A stretch of 64,000 nt of DNA, from positions 16,244 through 80,243 of the forward strand of contig DAOSEM010000006.1 in NCBI GenBank assembly GCA_035363115.1, written 5' to 3'. Positions 1 through 10,271 of the stretch are shown one piece after another. Position 1 is the stretch's first letter. Every line of letters begins with the position of its first letter. The stretch comes from Syntrophales bacterium. Its GTDB lineage: Bacteria > Desulfobacterota > Syntrophia > Syntrophales > PHBD01. The translations under genes were made by a program, and so were the position numbers. The notes under the pieces are model-generated. The model ran no database searches, was not told the origin of the DNA, and was given only the letters and a program-made list of their open reading frames with translations.

Positions 1-719
1 ATCCGGTAGTACTTGTCCGTCGATTCGTCGGACGGCCCGGAGATGATGAGGGGCGTCCGGGCCTCGTCAATGAGGATGCTGTCCACCTCGTCGACGATGG
101 CGTAGTGGAAGTCCCTCTGGACGTAATCGTCCAGGGTGAACTTCATGTTGTCCCGAAGGTAGTCGAAGCCGAATTCGTTGTTCGTTCCGTACGTGATGTC
201 CGACAGGTAGGCCTTCCTGCGCTCCGCGTCGTCCATGCCGTGGACGATGACGCCCACGGTCAGGCCGAGAAAGTTGTAAATGGGCCCCATCCACGAAGCG
301 TCGCGGCGGGCCAGGTAGTCGTTCACCGTAACCAGGTGGGCGCCCCGGCCCGTCAGGGCGTTCAGGTACATCGGCATGGTCGCCGCCAGGGTCTTCCCCT
401 CGCCCGTCTTCATCTCGGCGATCTTTCCCTCGTGGAGGACGATGCCGCCGATGACCTGCACGTCGAAGGGGCGCATCAGGAGGGTCCGCCGGGACACCTC
501 CCGCACGACCGCAAAGGCCTCCGGGAGGATGTCGTCCAGGGTGGCTCCGTTTTCCAGCTTCTCCTTGAAATACGGGGTCTTCGCCTGGAGTTCGGCGTCG
601 CTCAGGGCCAGCATCGCCGGTTCCAGATCGTTGACTTCATCGAGGATAAAGGAAAGGCGCTTCAGGTCGCGGTCGTTCTTGCTGCCCACGATTTTCTTCA
701 AAATGGATTCAAACATCAT
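1..719 (-). CDS. secA: Preprotein translocase ATPase SecA, N-terminal part (gene runs off the left edge)
   Basis: My own minus-strand translation from the ATG at 717-719 reads [22 protein letters not shown]...[19 protein letters not shown]...[37 protein letters not shown] (SecA motor domain). It is absent from the ORF track because there is no stop inside the window. Confidence 0.93.
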   Translation of the reverse strand, partial: MMFESILKKIVGSKNDRDLKRLSFILDEVNDLEPAMLALSDAELQAKTPYFKEKLENGATLDDILPEAFAVVREVSRRTLLMRPFDVQVIGGIVLHEGKIAEMKTGEGKTLAATMPMYLNALTGRGAHLVTVNDYLARRDASWMGPIYNFLGLTVGVIVHGMDDAERRKAYLSDITYGTNNEFGFDYLRDNMKFTLDDYVQRDFHYAIVDEVDSILIDEARTPLIISGPSDESTDKYYR

Positions 720-731
720 ATCGCATATCCA

Positions 732-760
732 ATAAAAAAACCGGTGTCGCACCGGTGTCG
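732..760 (-). terminator. Candidate rho-independent terminator after the M23 peptidase gene
   Basis: The minus strand reads ACCGGTG cga CACCGGT followed by TTTTTTTATT (plus-strand A-run 734-740, stem 741-757). Confidence 0.5.
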
Positions 761-800
761 GACGGTAGGCGCCGTGGGAAAAAAAGGAAGGAGATCCTCC

Positions 801-1709
801 CTATCGGCGCAGATAATTCCTCGGATTCACGGCGACTCCGCTGAAATAAACAGAGTAGTGAAGATGGGAGCCGGTGCTTCGGCCGGTGTTCCCGACGTAC
901 CCGATGACCTCGCCCCGCCGTACGATCGTCCCTTTCCGGACGGCGATCCGGGACAAATGCCCGTAGAGCGTGGAGAGCCCCCGGCCGTGATCAAGCTTGA
1001 CCACATTCCCATAGCCGCTCTGCATGGACGCCTCCAGAACGACCCCGTCCGCTGGCGCGCGGACCGGCGTTCCGTGCTGCGTGGCAACGTCGATACCCTC
1101 ATGATATTCCCGGCCTCCGCCGAAGGGGGACGAGCGGGTACCGAACTCGGAGGTCACCAGTCCCCGTACCGGCCAGAGAGACGGTGTCGCCGCGACGACC
1201 GAACGCTGGCGGTTCAGGAAATGCAGGATCTGGACAAAACTCTTCTCCCGGGCGGCCGCCTCCTGCTCCAGCCGGTCGACGCCCTGCACGACCTGCGTCA
1301 GGATGGCCTGCCGGTCTCCATCCAGGCGCGACGGGACCGGCCCCTCCTCCGGCACGGCGCCCCCGATGCCCAGAATCACCTGCTTGTCGCGGCTGCCCTC
1401 GATGTTGGCGGCAATGCGGATCTTCCGGTCGAACTCGCTCAACTCGTTCATCCTGGCACTGTACCGCTCCAGGCGTCCGGCGAGCTCGACGATCTGCTTC
1501 TCCTGGTTGCCCGTGACTGCCCGCAGGCGCGCCAACTCGGCGGCATCCCGGCGGACGGAAATGTAATCATAGGCGAAATAGAGCGACGCGAGAATGACGA
1601 CGGCCAGAACCGCGGCCAGCCTCTTCAGGAGGGATCCGGGAATCCCGAAGGTATGGACGGGACCGTCCTTTCGGGGAATGATCAAGAGCGTAAAGCCGCG
1701 TTTCGCCAT
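801..1709 (-). CDS. M23 family metallopeptidase (LytM/NlpD-like) with N-terminal membrane anchor and coiled coil
   Basis: 302-aa ORF. C-terminal HEGIDVA...GYGNVVKLDHG...LYGHLS...GNTGRSTGSHLHY is the M23 HxxxD/HxH signature. ATG at 1707-1709 with GGGAG upstream. Confidence 0.9.
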   Translation of the reverse strand: MAKRGFTLLIIPRKDGPVHTFGIPGSLLKRLAAVLAVVILASLYFAYDYISVRRDAAELARLRAVTGNQEKQIVELAGRLERYSARMNELSEFDRKIRIAANIEGSRDKQVILGIGGAVPEEGPVPSRLDGDRQAILTQVVQGVDRLEQEAAAREKSFVQILHFLNRQRSVVAATPSLWPVRGLVTSEFGTRSSPFGGGREYHEGIDVATQHGTPVRAPADGVVLEASMQSGYGNVVKLDHGRGLSTLYGHLSRIAVRKGTIVRRGEVIGYVGNTGRSTGSHLHYSVYFSGVAVNPRNYLRR

Positions 1710-1968
1710 CCTGACTCCCTGCTGTTATGCGTTTCCTCACGGTGCCGCCCGGGGGCACATGAACACGCCTCTATCGGGTCGGATGTGGACGGATCACCGG
1801 GGCGCGAGCGGAATGAGACTGGAACCGTTGGATACCGGGATTGAAAAAAGGCACGAAACAGTACCACGCATGCCGGGAAAGTCAAGACGGAAATCCCGAA
1901 TCCGTTCGTTTCTCCTTTTCTATCAACCTGTTACGGTCCGGCAGACGGTGATCGGAGCCGGTGCAGCC

Positions 1969-3918
1969 CTATTCCTTCCGGACCGTCATGAGGGGATCCC
2001 CCACCTCGACCTTGTCGCCGGGTGACACCCGGATCTCCACGACCTGTCCCTTCAGGTCGGAAGCCACGTTGTTGAGCATCTTCATGGCCTCCAGAATGAT
2101 CAGGACCTGCCCCGGCTCCACTTGGGCGCCTTCCGTCACGGGAATCTCGTTGACCGTTCCGGTAATATGGGAGCGGATGTCGCCCTTCTTGGCCAGTTCA
2201 CCGATCTCCTTGGCCGACAGGGCCATCTTCTTCTTCGCCTGCCCCGTCGCCTCTTCCTCCAGTACGGTGAGGACGGGCTCGGTGTGATGGTCGATGACCA
2301 TGTAGGTCACCATGTCGCCCCCCTTGGTCTTCCGCTGCGGTCCGATCTCGATGGTGTGGAGCCGGCCGAAGGCATCGGGGAAATCGAACTTCTCGCCCTG
2401 GGAGAATCCTCCCCGGTTGAACCAGATCTTGGGCGACAGGACCCAGGTCTTTCCGAATTTTGTCTCGAACTTGAGGAAATTGACGGCGTCGTTCGGGTGC
2501 TGCAGGTAGAGCACCAGTTCGTCTTCCGTGGCGTGGCGGCCCAGGCGCTTTTCCAGGACCTTCTTCTCCACGTCGAGGTCAACGTCCTCGATGCGCTGGT
2601 AGCAGGTGTCGCATTCCCGGATCTCTTTCCAGTCCGGCCCGAAGACGGCCCGGTAGATCTCGTCGGAGGGCCAGTAGAACGGCAGGTCGCCGTACCTCCC
2701 CAGCATCAGGCTCTTCAGGTCGTCGTTGGCGTCCTTGTAACGGACGCCCTTCAGGACGTTGTTCACCGCCGTGGTCCAGAGGATCTGCGAGCCCGGGGTG
2801 ACGCTCCACCAGTTCCCCAGCTCCGTCTGGACACGGGGAAGCTCATGCTGGAGGATCTCCGGCATCCGGTGGAGGAACCCGCCCTTCACAGCCTGCTCGA
2901 AGCTCGATCCCGTGGCCCCGCCGGGGAGCTTGTGAACCTGGACGGAGGGATCGAATCCCAGAAACTGGGACTCGAGGTCCTTGTAGTACTCCCGCTCCGG
3001 ACGCAGCATGCTGGAGGTGTCCAGAACGGACTGCTTGTCGATGCCCATGGCCCGCTGTCCGTACTCTTCCAGGGTCTCGATGACTGTGAGCAGCGGCGGG
3101 GGTCCATAGAACCCGGTGAAGGCATGGTCCGCCGCGTCGGCGATCTTCGCCCCGTTGCGTACCGCCTCGACGATCCGGCCGATGTCGTTGCCGTCGGTGT
3201 TGTGGCCGTGGTAGTGGATGATGAGATCCGGGTACTTGTCGAGGATCGCCCGCACCAGGTCCCCGATGCGCTTTGATGTTCCGAGCCCCCCGTGGTTCTT
3301 GATGCACAGGAGGATGTCCGGACCCGTGACATCAAGGATCTCCCCCACCTTTCCCACGTAGTATTCATCGGTGTGCTCGGGCCCCGTGGAGAAGCAGATG
3401 GACGGCTCCAGGATGCATCCCGACGCCATCACCTCCTCGAAGACCGCCCGCATGTTGGGAATATAGTTGAGGAAGTCGAACACCCGCCACACGTGGACAT
3501 ACCGGGCGAAGGTGCGCACCGTCAGGCGGACCACGTTTTCCGGGTAGGGACGGTAGCCGAAGAGGTTGATTCCCCGGCAGAGCGTCTGGAACATGGTGTC
3601 GGGCATGCGCTCGCTCAGCACCTGGAGCTTCTCCAGGGGGTTGATCTGCTTGCGCAGCATGTCCACGTGGACCGAGGCCCCGCCGGTGATTTCCAGGGAG
3701 AAGTAGCCCGCGTCGTTGCGCGGACGGGCCACGAGAAGCTGGGTATGGGGCATGATCCGGTTCTTGAAATCGGACTGTGACTGATCCCTCTCCGTATTGG
3801 TCAGATAGTACCCGTCGGCCTGCCGGATCTTGTCCAGCAAGAACCGGACCCCGTGCTCCCGCAGATCCCTCGGGGTGATCCGTTCGTCGAGCAGGTTCTG
3901 GGAAATATTCTTCAGCAT
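1969..3918 (-). CDS. pycB: Pyruvate carboxylase subunit B (carboxyltransferase plus biotinyl carrier domain; oxaloacetate decarboxylase alpha-like)
   Basis: 649-aa ORF. It has a TIM-barrel carboxyltransferase region (HYHGHNTDG) and a C-terminal biotinylation motif ILEAMKM. It lies directly downstream of a biotin carboxylase gene. Confidence 0.85.
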   Translation of the reverse strand: MLKNISQNLLDERITPRDLREHGVRFLLDKIRQADGYYLTNTERDQSQSDFKNRIMPHTQLLVARPRNDAGYFSLEITGGASVHVDMLRKQINPLEKLQVLSERMPDTMFQTLCRGINLFGYRPYPENVVRLTVRTFARYVHVWRVFDFLNYIPNMRAVFEEVMASGCILEPSICFSTGPEHTDEYYVGKVGEILDVTGPDILLCIKNHGGLGTSKRIGDLVRAILDKYPDLIIHYHGHNTDGNDIGRIVEAVRNGAKIADAADHAFTGFYGPPPLLTVIETLEEYGQRAMGIDKQSVLDTSSMLRPEREYYKDLESQFLGFDPSVQVHKLPGGATGSSFEQAVKGGFLHRMPEILQHELPRVQTELGNWWSVTPGSQILWTTAVNNVLKGVRYKDANDDLKSLMLGRYGDLPFYWPSDEIYRAVFGPDWKEIRECDTCYQRIEDVDLDVEKKVLEKRLGRHATEDELVLYLQHPNDAVNFLKFETKFGKTWVLSPKIWFNRGGFSQGEKFDFPDAFGRLHTIEIGPQRKTKGGDMVTYMVIDHHTEPVLTVLEEEATGQAKKKMALSAKEIGELAKKGDIRSHITGTVNEIPVTEGAQVEPGQVLIILEAMKMLNNVASDLKGQVVEIRVSPGDKVEVGDPLMTVRKE

Positions 3919-3981
3919 GGGTCCTCCCTGTCTCCCTTCTCCGGCCGGCCCTTCCGGTTTCCGACACCGGCGCGGGGAGAC

Positions 3982-5442
3982 TCAGTATGCATAAGGGTTG
4001 ATCTTGCGGGCGTGGATCTCCGCGATCAGCTCCGCCAGTTTCGCCACTTCGCGCTCCGGCTCGGGGTAATCGAAAACCCCGGGATGCGTCTCGAGATAAC
4101 TCGTATCGAACCGGCCCGCCTGGAAATCCGGCTCGTCACAGATGGCCAGGTAGAAGGGAATCGTCGTCTTGGGTCCAACGATGAGAAAACCCTGGAGGGC
4201 CCGCTTCAGTCGCTGGATGGCCTGCTCCCAGTTCAGCCCCCGGACGGTCATCTTGACCATCATCGAGTCGTACTCCGTGGGGATCTTGAATCCCTGGTAG
4301 ACCACGCCGTCCAGCCGGACGCCAGGGCCTCCGGAGGACTGGTAGACCTCCAGCCTCTTGCCCCCCTCGGGCATGAAATTGTTCTTCGGGTCTTCCGCGT
4401 TGATCCGAACCTGGATAGCCTTGCCCCTGAGCAGCCCCAGCTCCTGGGGAATGCTCAGGACATGGCCCTCGGCGATGCGGATCTGCTCACGGACGATGTC
4501 CACCCCGGAGAGCTCCTCCGTCACGGTGTGCTCCACCTGGAGCCGGGTATTCATCTCCATGAACCAGAATTCGCTCGTTTTCGAGTCGACGAGAAACTCC
4601 ACCGTGCCGGCGTTGACGTATCCGGACTCCCGGGCAAACCGGATGGCGCAGTCGCACATCGCCTCCAGGACATCCGGCGGCAGGTCCGCCGGGGCGATCT
4701 CCAGGAGCTTCTGGTGGCGCCGCTGGATCGAGCAGTCCCTCGTTCCCAGGTGGATCACGTTGCCGTGCTTATCCGCCAGGATCTGCACCTCCACGTGGCG
4801 CGGCGCCTCGATGCACTTCTCCACATAGATGTTCTCGTCGTTGAAGGCCGCCAGCGTCTCAGCCCGGGCCTGGGGAATCTGCTTGAGGAGGTCGGCCTCG
4901 TCGACCACCTTCCGGATGCCCCGGCCGCCGCCGCCGGCGGATGCCTTGAGCATCAGGGGATATCCGTACATCCGCCCGAAATCGACGGCCTCCCGGACAC
5001 CCGCCTCTCCGCGGAGCAGATCCTTCGTCCCGGGAACGCACGGAATCCCCGCCTTCTGGGCGATCTGGCGGGCCACCACCTTGTTCCCCAGGTTGCTGAT
5101 GACCCCCGGGGGGGGGCCGATAAAGAGGATGCCGGCCTTGTCGCAGGCGGCCGAGAAATCGGGATTCTCCGCCAGGAAGCCGTACCCGGGATGGATCGCA
5201 TCGGCACCGCTCTTCTTGGCCGCCCAGATGATCTTGTCGATGTCCAGGTAGTCCTTCCGGGGCCCGTCACCGATCATGACGGCATCTTCGGCCAGCCGGA
5301 TGTAGTAGGCATCGCTGTCGGGACCTTCAAAAACAACCACGACATCCAGAGACAGTTCCTTGGCCGTCCTCAGGATCCGGAGGGCGATCTCTCCCCGGTT
5401 CGCAATCATCACTCGCCTGATCTGCCGCACAGTCACTTTCAT
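3982..5442 (-). CDS. pycA: Biotin carboxylase (pyruvate carboxylase subunit A / AccC-like)
   Basis: MIANRGEIALR, GYPLMLKASAGGGGRGIR and EMNTRLQVEH motifs. I place the start at the ATG at 5440-5442 (MKVTVRQIRRV) with GGAAAGG upstream, rather than at the 17-codon-longer track start. Confidence 0.9.
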   Translation of the reverse strand: MKVTVRQIRRVMIANRGEIALRILRTAKELSLDVVVVFEGPDSDAYYIRLAEDAVMIGDGPRKDYLDIDKIIWAAKKSGADAIHPGYGFLAENPDFSAACDKAGILFIGPPPGVISNLGNKVVARQIAQKAGIPCVPGTKDLLRGEAGVREAVDFGRMYGYPLMLKASAGGGGRGIRKVVDEADLLKQIPQARAETLAAFNDENIYVEKCIEAPRHVEVQILADKHGNVIHLGTRDCSIQRRHQKLLEIAPADLPPDVLEAMCDCAIRFARESGYVNAGTVEFLVDSKTSEFWFMEMNTRLQVEHTVTEELSGVDIVREQIRIAEGHVLSIPQELGLLRGKAIQVRINAEDPKNNFMPEGGKRLEVYQSSGGPGVRLDGVVYQGFKIPTEYDSMMVKMTVRGLNWEQAIQRLKRALQGFLIVGPKTTIPFYLAICDEPDFQAGRFDTSYLETHPGVFDYPEPEREVAKLAELIAEIHARKINPYAY

Positions 5443-5672
5443 ATTCCGCCTTTCCGAAGGAAAGCCCCTTTCCCCTTTTTTGTTCCCTTGCAACGGATAG
5501 ATACTACGACATTTGGAGAAACGCGGAGAGATCTGGACCCGCTGATTATGGAGCGTGACCTTATACTCATGAACGATTTATAAGTCAAGAGGGATATCAT
5601 CCCGATATTCCCATTGAAAATGCTTGCATTCCCTTCCGCGGTCCCATAGGATACCCGTCTTGAGAGGTGGAT

Positions 5673-6278
5673 ATGCCGGTAATTACGCACATGCTGCGGG
5701 GCGCCGTCCTGGCTCTGGCCCTGCTCCTGATCCTGACTGCCGTGCCGGGATACGTCGCGGCGGACATATACAAGTACGAGGACGAGACAGGGGTCATCCA
5801 TCTGACGAACGTCCCCACCGATGCGACCAAGAAGTACACCCTGATCATGAGGGAGCCGCGGGTCATCTTCAACCGCAAGATCGCCCGGGACATCAACAAG
5901 TTCGATCCGATCATCACCAAGTCGGCCCAGAAGCACGGAATGGACCCGGCGCTCATCAAGGCGGTCATCAAGGCGGAGTCGAATTTCAACCACCAGGCGG
6001 TCTCCCCGAAAGGGGCCCGTGGTCTGATGCAGCTCATGCCGGCCACGGCGTCGTCCCTCCAGGTGGATGATTCCTTCCACCCGGAGAAGAACATCGACGG
6101 CGGGGTCCGATATCTCCGCTACCTGATCCGGCTCTTCAACGGCGACCTCCGGCTGGCACTGGCGGCTTACAACGCCGGCGAAAAGGCGGTCATGCGCTAC
6201 GGCGGCATTCCCCCCTACCGGGAGACCCAGGACTACGTCCAGCGCGTCCTGTCCTACCTGAACGGCTACAAGAAATAG
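5673..6278 (+). CDS. Lytic transglycosylase (SLT domain) with N-terminal signal/DUF4124-like segment
   Basis: AVIKAESNFNHQAVSPKGARGLMQLMP...AYNAGEKAV...RETQDYV is the SLT catalytic signature. ATG at 5673 follows GAGAGG; the track start at 5667 is GTG. Confidence 0.88.
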   Translation: MPVITHMLRGAVLALALLLILTAVPGYVAADIYKYEDETGVIHLTNVPTDATKKYTLIMREPRVIFNRKIARDINKFDPIITKSAQKHGMDPALIKAVIKAESNFNHQAVSPKGARGLMQLMPATASSLQVDDSFHPEKNIDGGVRYLRYLIRLFNGDLRLALAAYNAGEKAVMRYGGIPPYRETQDYVQRVLSYLNGYKK

Positions 6279-6331
6279 CGGTAAAACGACGGAACCCGAT
6301 GGAGGTTCCCGCCGGGGTCGAAAAACGCAGA

Positions 6332-6372
6332 AAAGGGGATCGGCATGAAGCCGGTCCCCTTTTCTCTTTTAT
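6332..6372. terminator. Bidirectional rho-independent terminator between convergent genes
   Basis: AAAGGGGATCGG catgaag CCGGTCCCCTTT forms a 12-bp stem with one mismatch. It is flanked by T-runs on both strands. Confidence 0.7.
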
Positions 6373-6491
6373 TCCCGACTATTGATTAATGGGCAGCCCG
6401 CCGGTCGCCCACTGCCGGATGACAGTCTCCGCGCTCCAGGTGCGGCCGTTCGGCAGACGAGCCTTTCCGGACCTCCGTCACGCCCGGGTTT

Positions 6492-7667
6492 TCAGAGTTT
6501 CGCCGGAAGGCGCTCTGGACCGGACCCTGCGTGTGCCGGGTAGCTCGAGGAATGGGCGAATGACGCCTGTCGCACAGCTCCCTTCCTTTCTCCCATAGCC
6601 ATGATGATCTCTTCCCCAATGATGGGCTTGACCCTGTCGACACTCCCGCTGATGCCGACCAGCTCATCCCGGATCCGCTGCGTGACGGCCGAGAATTCCT
6701 CGGCGCTGGCGGCATTCTGCTGGACGACCTTGTCCATTTCCACCACGGCGCGGCTGATCTGATCGATCCCCTGGGCCTGTTCCTTGGAAGCCTCCGCGAC
6801 CTGGCCGATCAGGTCCGTCACCTTCATGGAGATGTCCCGGTTCCGGGAGAGCTCCCGGCTCATCTCGTCGAACAGGGCCGAGGCCTGGCGGGTCTTCCCC
6901 GTCGAATCGGCGATCAGTTCCTCCGTGTTCCGGGCTGCCGCGGCCGAACGCATGGCCAGGCTGCGGACCTCCTCCGCCACAACGGCAAAGCCGGCCCCGG
7001 CCTCACCGGCCCGGGCCGCCTCGACGGCCGCATTCAGGGCCAGGAGGTTCGTCTGGAAGGCGATCTCGTTGATGGTCTTGATGATCTTGGCCGTCTCCTC
7101 GCCCGCCCGGACGCTGGCCATCACGACGTCGTGCGTCTGTTGCATCTTTTTCTCCACGATGCCGAAGCTCTCCCTGGCTTCCTTTGACATCATCGTGCTC
7201 GCCCGTCCCGCATTCTCGGCGTTCTGGGCGGTCATGGACGTCATCTCCTCGAGGGACGCCGAGGTCTCCTCGATGGCCGCGGCCTGCGCACTGGCCCCTT
7301 CCGCCAGGGACGCACTCGTGGAGGCCATCTGCTCCGTCCCCGCCACGATGTCGTCAACCCCCGTCACGATGCCGTACATGGAGCCGATGATCGGAATCGC
7401 CTTCTTCCTGGCAATCAGGATGAAGCAGGCCAGCACGAAAACCCCCGCCAGAAAGACGGCCGTCAGCGCACTCACCCACGACGACAAAACGGCCAGACGG
7501 CCGAACACGTAAAACATCAGCGCCACGATCACGATCACCGGCACGACAACCCCGTACATCTTGGTGGGCCGGTTCTTCCCGTAGATGATCCTCAACCCGC
7601 CCAGCACGATGACCAGCAGGCCAACGATGAATCCGCCAAAGCCGATTGCTTCGGACATGTACCCCAT
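6492..7667 (-). CDS. Methyl-accepting chemotaxis protein, minimal form (two TM helices plus signalling domain, no obvious sensor or HAMP)
   Basis: [35 protein letters not shown] is the MCP signalling hairpin. ATG at 7665-7667 is preceded by GAAGGAGG; the track start at 7682 is TTG. Confidence 0.88.
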   Translation of the reverse strand: MGYMSEAIGFGGFIVGLLVIVLGGLRIIYGKNRPTKMYGVVVPVIVIVALMFYVFGRLAVLSSWVSALTAVFLAGVFVLACFILIARKKAIPIIGSMYGIVTGVDDIVAGTEQMASTSASLAEGASAQAAAIEETSASLEEMTSMTAQNAENAGRASTMMSKEARESFGIVEKKMQQTHDVVMASVRAGEETAKIIKTINEIAFQTNLLALNAAVEAARAGEAGAGFAVVAEEVRSLAMRSAAAARNTEELIADSTGKTRQASALFDEMSRELSRNRDISMKVTDLIGQVAEASKEQAQGIDQISRAVVEMDKVVQQNAASAEEFSAVTQRIRDELVGISGSVDRVKPIIGEEIIMAMGERKGAVRQASFAHSSSYPAHAGSGPERLPAKL

Positions 7668-7961
7668 AACAGCCTCCTTCAAGCATATTCGTTATTCAAA
7701 ACTGCATATTCCGGATTGGTAAAACCTGCAGAACGGAGAGGGTGACAGGGCCGTCGTCAACGGATTGACTCCCTGTCAAGAAAGGATCGCACACCAATCC
7801 ACCAGGTAAAGCATCATTCATGCTTAACATATCGATATTGAGGCGGTTTATGAAAATCCGCCTCGCCATTGCACGGGGATAATTCGCAAAGAGTGTGCCG
7901 GAGGAATCCATCACCTCGGATGGAGGATTTCTCATGGCGGATCCCGTCCCGATGGCTTCCT

Positions 7962-8621
7962 TCAACGGGATCCCTTTCGATCCGGGAGGAAACCGTCTTC
8001 GCAAGACCAGCACCCGTCCGGCAGGACCGCCAGGTAAGGCCGAAGCGCCTCCAGCCGCTTTTTCTTGATTCCCCGGATGCCCGTCAACTCCTCCAGGCGA
8101 CGGATCCGGCCCCGTTTCTCCCGGAACCGGACGATCTTCTCCGCCATCTTCGGACCGATGCCCGGAGCCATAGCCAACTCCCAGTCTTTCGAGCGGTTTA
8201 TGTCGATGGGCAGTCCCAGGGCGAGACGGCGAGCTGCATCCAGGGGACCGAACCGCGGCGTCTCGCCGGATCCCGGGCCTTTCCAAAGGACGAACGTGCC
8301 GGTTGCCAGAACTCTGTCTGGACATGAACCGCACCGCCATGCCTCCGCCGGAACGCCGATCCGCTCCCCTAAAGTCCTGTGGGTGGTTCCCGGCTTCAGG
8401 AAGTACACGCCGTCCACCATCGATCCGCCTTCGAGAACGACGGCGATGGGGCCGGACCGCTCATCCGTGTCGGACGCCGTTCGCAGGCCCTGTGCAGGAG
8501 GGGTGAAATGGAAAACGAGGATGACCGCCACGGCGATCAGGAAGAGTGCCGTCGTACCGTCGCGCTGGCCGTCCGTAAAGGGGATCTCGCACCATCTCCG
8601 GAGCATCCGCGGGATGCACAT
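7962..8621 (-). CDS. comEA: ComEA-family helix-hairpin-helix DNA-binding protein
   Basis: C-terminal ELAMAPGIGPKMAEKIVRFREKRGRIRRLEELTGIRGIKKKRLEALRPYL is a tandem HhH. An N-terminal TM segment is present. Confidence 0.75.
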   Translation of the reverse strand: MCIPRMLRRWCEIPFTDGQRDGTTALFLIAVAVILVFHFTPPAQGLRTASDTDERSGPIAVVLEGGSMVDGVYFLKPGTTHRTLGERIGVPAEAWRCGSCPDRVLATGTFVLWKGPGSGETPRFGPLDAARRLALGLPIDINRSKDWELAMAPGIGPKMAEKIVRFREKRGRIRRLEELTGIRGIKKKRLEALRPYLAVLPDGCWSCEDGFLPDRKGSR

Positions 8622-8787
8622 GGGTTCCGGGAACGGCTGTGCTGTCGGGAGGGGAATGACAGCCTCCTGGTGCCTGTGAGAACCGGCACCGGGAGGTGAT
8701 TCAACAGTTTATCACCGGCCCGGCTTAGACGGATCGAAGCCGGATCGGGGCAAAGAATCGGTCGCTTTGCCGCCGCTTTTCCACCCC

Positions 8788-8864
8788 GGGTGGCTCCGCA
8801 AAATGCCCGCAGGCAAGGAGCGCAAATCGCGAGGAGGGAGGCGTACTCCTTCGTACGCCGCACC
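8788..8864. repeat. Truncated copy (A) of a ~120-bp palindromic intergenic repeat
   Basis: It shares ...GCAAAATGCCCGCAGGC...GAGGAGGGAGGCGTACTCC(T)TCGTACGCCGCACC with the copy at 22469-22590, then diverges. The right arm is missing. Confidence 0.7.
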
Positions 8865-8882
8865 ATAAAGATCCCGATCGCC

Positions 8883-9008
8883 GGCGACCCTTCAAAACGG
8901 CCGCAGGCGAGGCGTGCGAGGCCCGAGGAGGGAGACGTACTTTTCACGTACGTCGCAGCGACGAGAGCCGAAGCACAACGATGCATCCGGCCGTTTTCAA
9001 GGGTCGCC
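8883..9008. repeat. Full copy (B) of the ~120-bp palindromic intergenic repeat (MITE/REP-like)
   Basis: 20-nt terminal inverted repeats GGCGACCCTTCAAAACGGCC / GGCCGTTTTCAAGGGTCGCC match 19/20. The inner hairpin is GACGTAC...GTACGTC. The copy ends 5 nt before the lysC stop. Confidence 0.75.
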
Positions 9009-9012
9009 AGCC

Positions 9013-10233
9013 CTAGGAGCGCTGCTCTAATTGGAAAGCCTCATGCAACGCCATCACGGCCAACTCGGTGTATTTCGAGTGCACCACACAGGAGATCTTG
9101 ATCTCCGAGGTGCTGATCATCTCGATGTTGATGCCTTCCCGGGCCAGGGTGGCGAACATCTTCGCGGCAACGCCGGAATGGCTGATCATGCCGACGCCGA
9201 CGATGGAGATCTTCGAGACGCTCTCGTCCACTTCCACGCGCTCCGAGCCGACGTCGCGGGCCGCCTTCTCGACGATTTCCCGGGCCGCCTTCACCTCCTT
9301 GCGGGAAACGGTGAAGCTCAGGTCCGTGAAGCCTTCGACGCTGGCGTTCTGGATGATCATGTCCACGACGATATTCTTGTCCGCCAGGGGCGTGAACAGC
9401 TTGGCCGCAACGCCCGGCCGGTCGGGCACGCGGACCACGGTGATCTTGGCCTGATCCCGGTCGTACGTGACCCCGGAGACCACTTCCTTTTCCATGTCCT
9501 TGTCCTCCTTCGTCACCAGGGTTCCCCCCTCGTCGGTGAATGTTGATTTCACGTACACGGGAACGTTGAATTTCTTTGCCATCTCCACGGACCGGGGCTG
9601 CAGGACCTTGGCGCCCGCCCTGGCCATTTCCAGCATCTCGTCGTAGGAGATCTTGCTGAGCCGCCTGGCGTGGGGACAGATGTTCGGATCCGTCGTGTAG
9701 ACGCCGTCCACGTCCGTGTAAATGTCGCAGGCGTCAGCGCGGAGGGCCGCCGCCAGGGCCACGGCACTGGTGTCCGAGCCGCCCCGCCCGAGGGTCGTGA
9801 TGTTCCCCTCGTCGTCGACGCCCTGGAAGCCGGCGACGACGCAGATCGTCCCCTGCCGGAGTTCATCCTTCAGGACCTTCTGGTCGATCTCGACGATCCG
9901 GGCCTTCTTGAAGGCCTGGTCCGTGTGGACCTTCACCTGCGATCCCAGGAAGGACTTGGCGCGATACCCCAGGCGGTTCAGGACCATCGCCAGGAGTGTC
10001 ACGGTCACCTGTTCGCCCGTGGAGATCAGGGAGTCAAACTCCCGCGGATCCGGGTCGTCCGACGCCTTCTGGGCCAGGGCGATCAATCGGTCCGTTTCAC
10101 CGGCCATGGCCGACAGCACCACGACGATCTCATTCCCCGCCTCTTTCGTCCGGATCACCTTCCGGGCCACGTTTTCGATCTTTTCCAGGTCGGCCACCGA
10201 TGTGCCGCCATATTTATGAACGATCAGCCCCAT
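9013..10233 (-). CDS. lysC: Aspartate kinase
   Basis: The 406-aa ORF begins MGLIVHKYGGTSVADLEKI and has C-terminal ACT repeats (ISIVGVGM...ISCVV). Confidence 0.93.
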   Translation of the reverse strand: MGLIVHKYGGTSVADLEKIENVARKVIRTKEAGNEIVVVLSAMAGETDRLIALAQKASDDPDPREFDSLISTGEQVTVTLLAMVLNRLGYRAKSFLGSQVKVHTDQAFKKARIVEIDQKVLKDELRQGTICVVAGFQGVDDEGNITTLGRGGSDTSAVALAAALRADACDIYTDVDGVYTTDPNICPHARRLSKISYDEMLEMARAGAKVLQPRSVEMAKKFNVPVYVKSTFTDEGGTLVTKEDKDMEKEVVSGVTYDRDQAKITVVRVPDRPGVAAKLFTPLADKNIVVDMIIQNASVEGFTDLSFTVSRKEVKAAREIVEKAARDVGSERVEVDESVSKISIVGVGMISHSGVAAKMFATLAREGINIEMISTSEIKISCVVHSKYTELAVMALHEAFQLEQRS

Positions 10234-10271
10234 ACCCTAAAACGCCCTCCGGCATTCCGTTTGATGCCCCC

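Noticed and set aside
105-1844. 579-aa plus-strand ORF and other long antisense ORFs (e.g. 2122-3276, 3853-5583, 14299-16029, 20993-22576, 26265-28430, 36755-37966, 45788-47029, 55136-56944, 62250-63983)
   Set aside because: All are opposite strongly supported genes (secA/M23, pycB, pycA, tilS, pfk, cyclase, EAL protein, PhoH2, phnD/C, phoR). All have a biased Arg/Gly/Pro/Asp/His composition. They are GC-driven open frames, not genes.
7683-7961. An ncRNA or hidden gene in the 279-bp gap between the MCP start and the comEA stop
   Set aside because: It contains one hairpin (GAGGCGG...CCGCCTC, about 7843-7867) without a T-tract, and no conserved-looking structure that I can recognise. The overlapping 214-aa ORF (7696-8340) is a shadow frame over comEA. 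This is most simply the promoter/5' region of the MCP gene.
8622-9012. Possible CRISPR array or small genes in the repeat-rich gap between comEA and lysC
   Set aside because: There are only two adjacent copies, one of them truncated. They are ~120 bp long, internally palindromic and imperfect, and no unique spacers or cas genes are present. Track ORFs here (8537-8986, 8790-9101) only mirror the repeated DNA.
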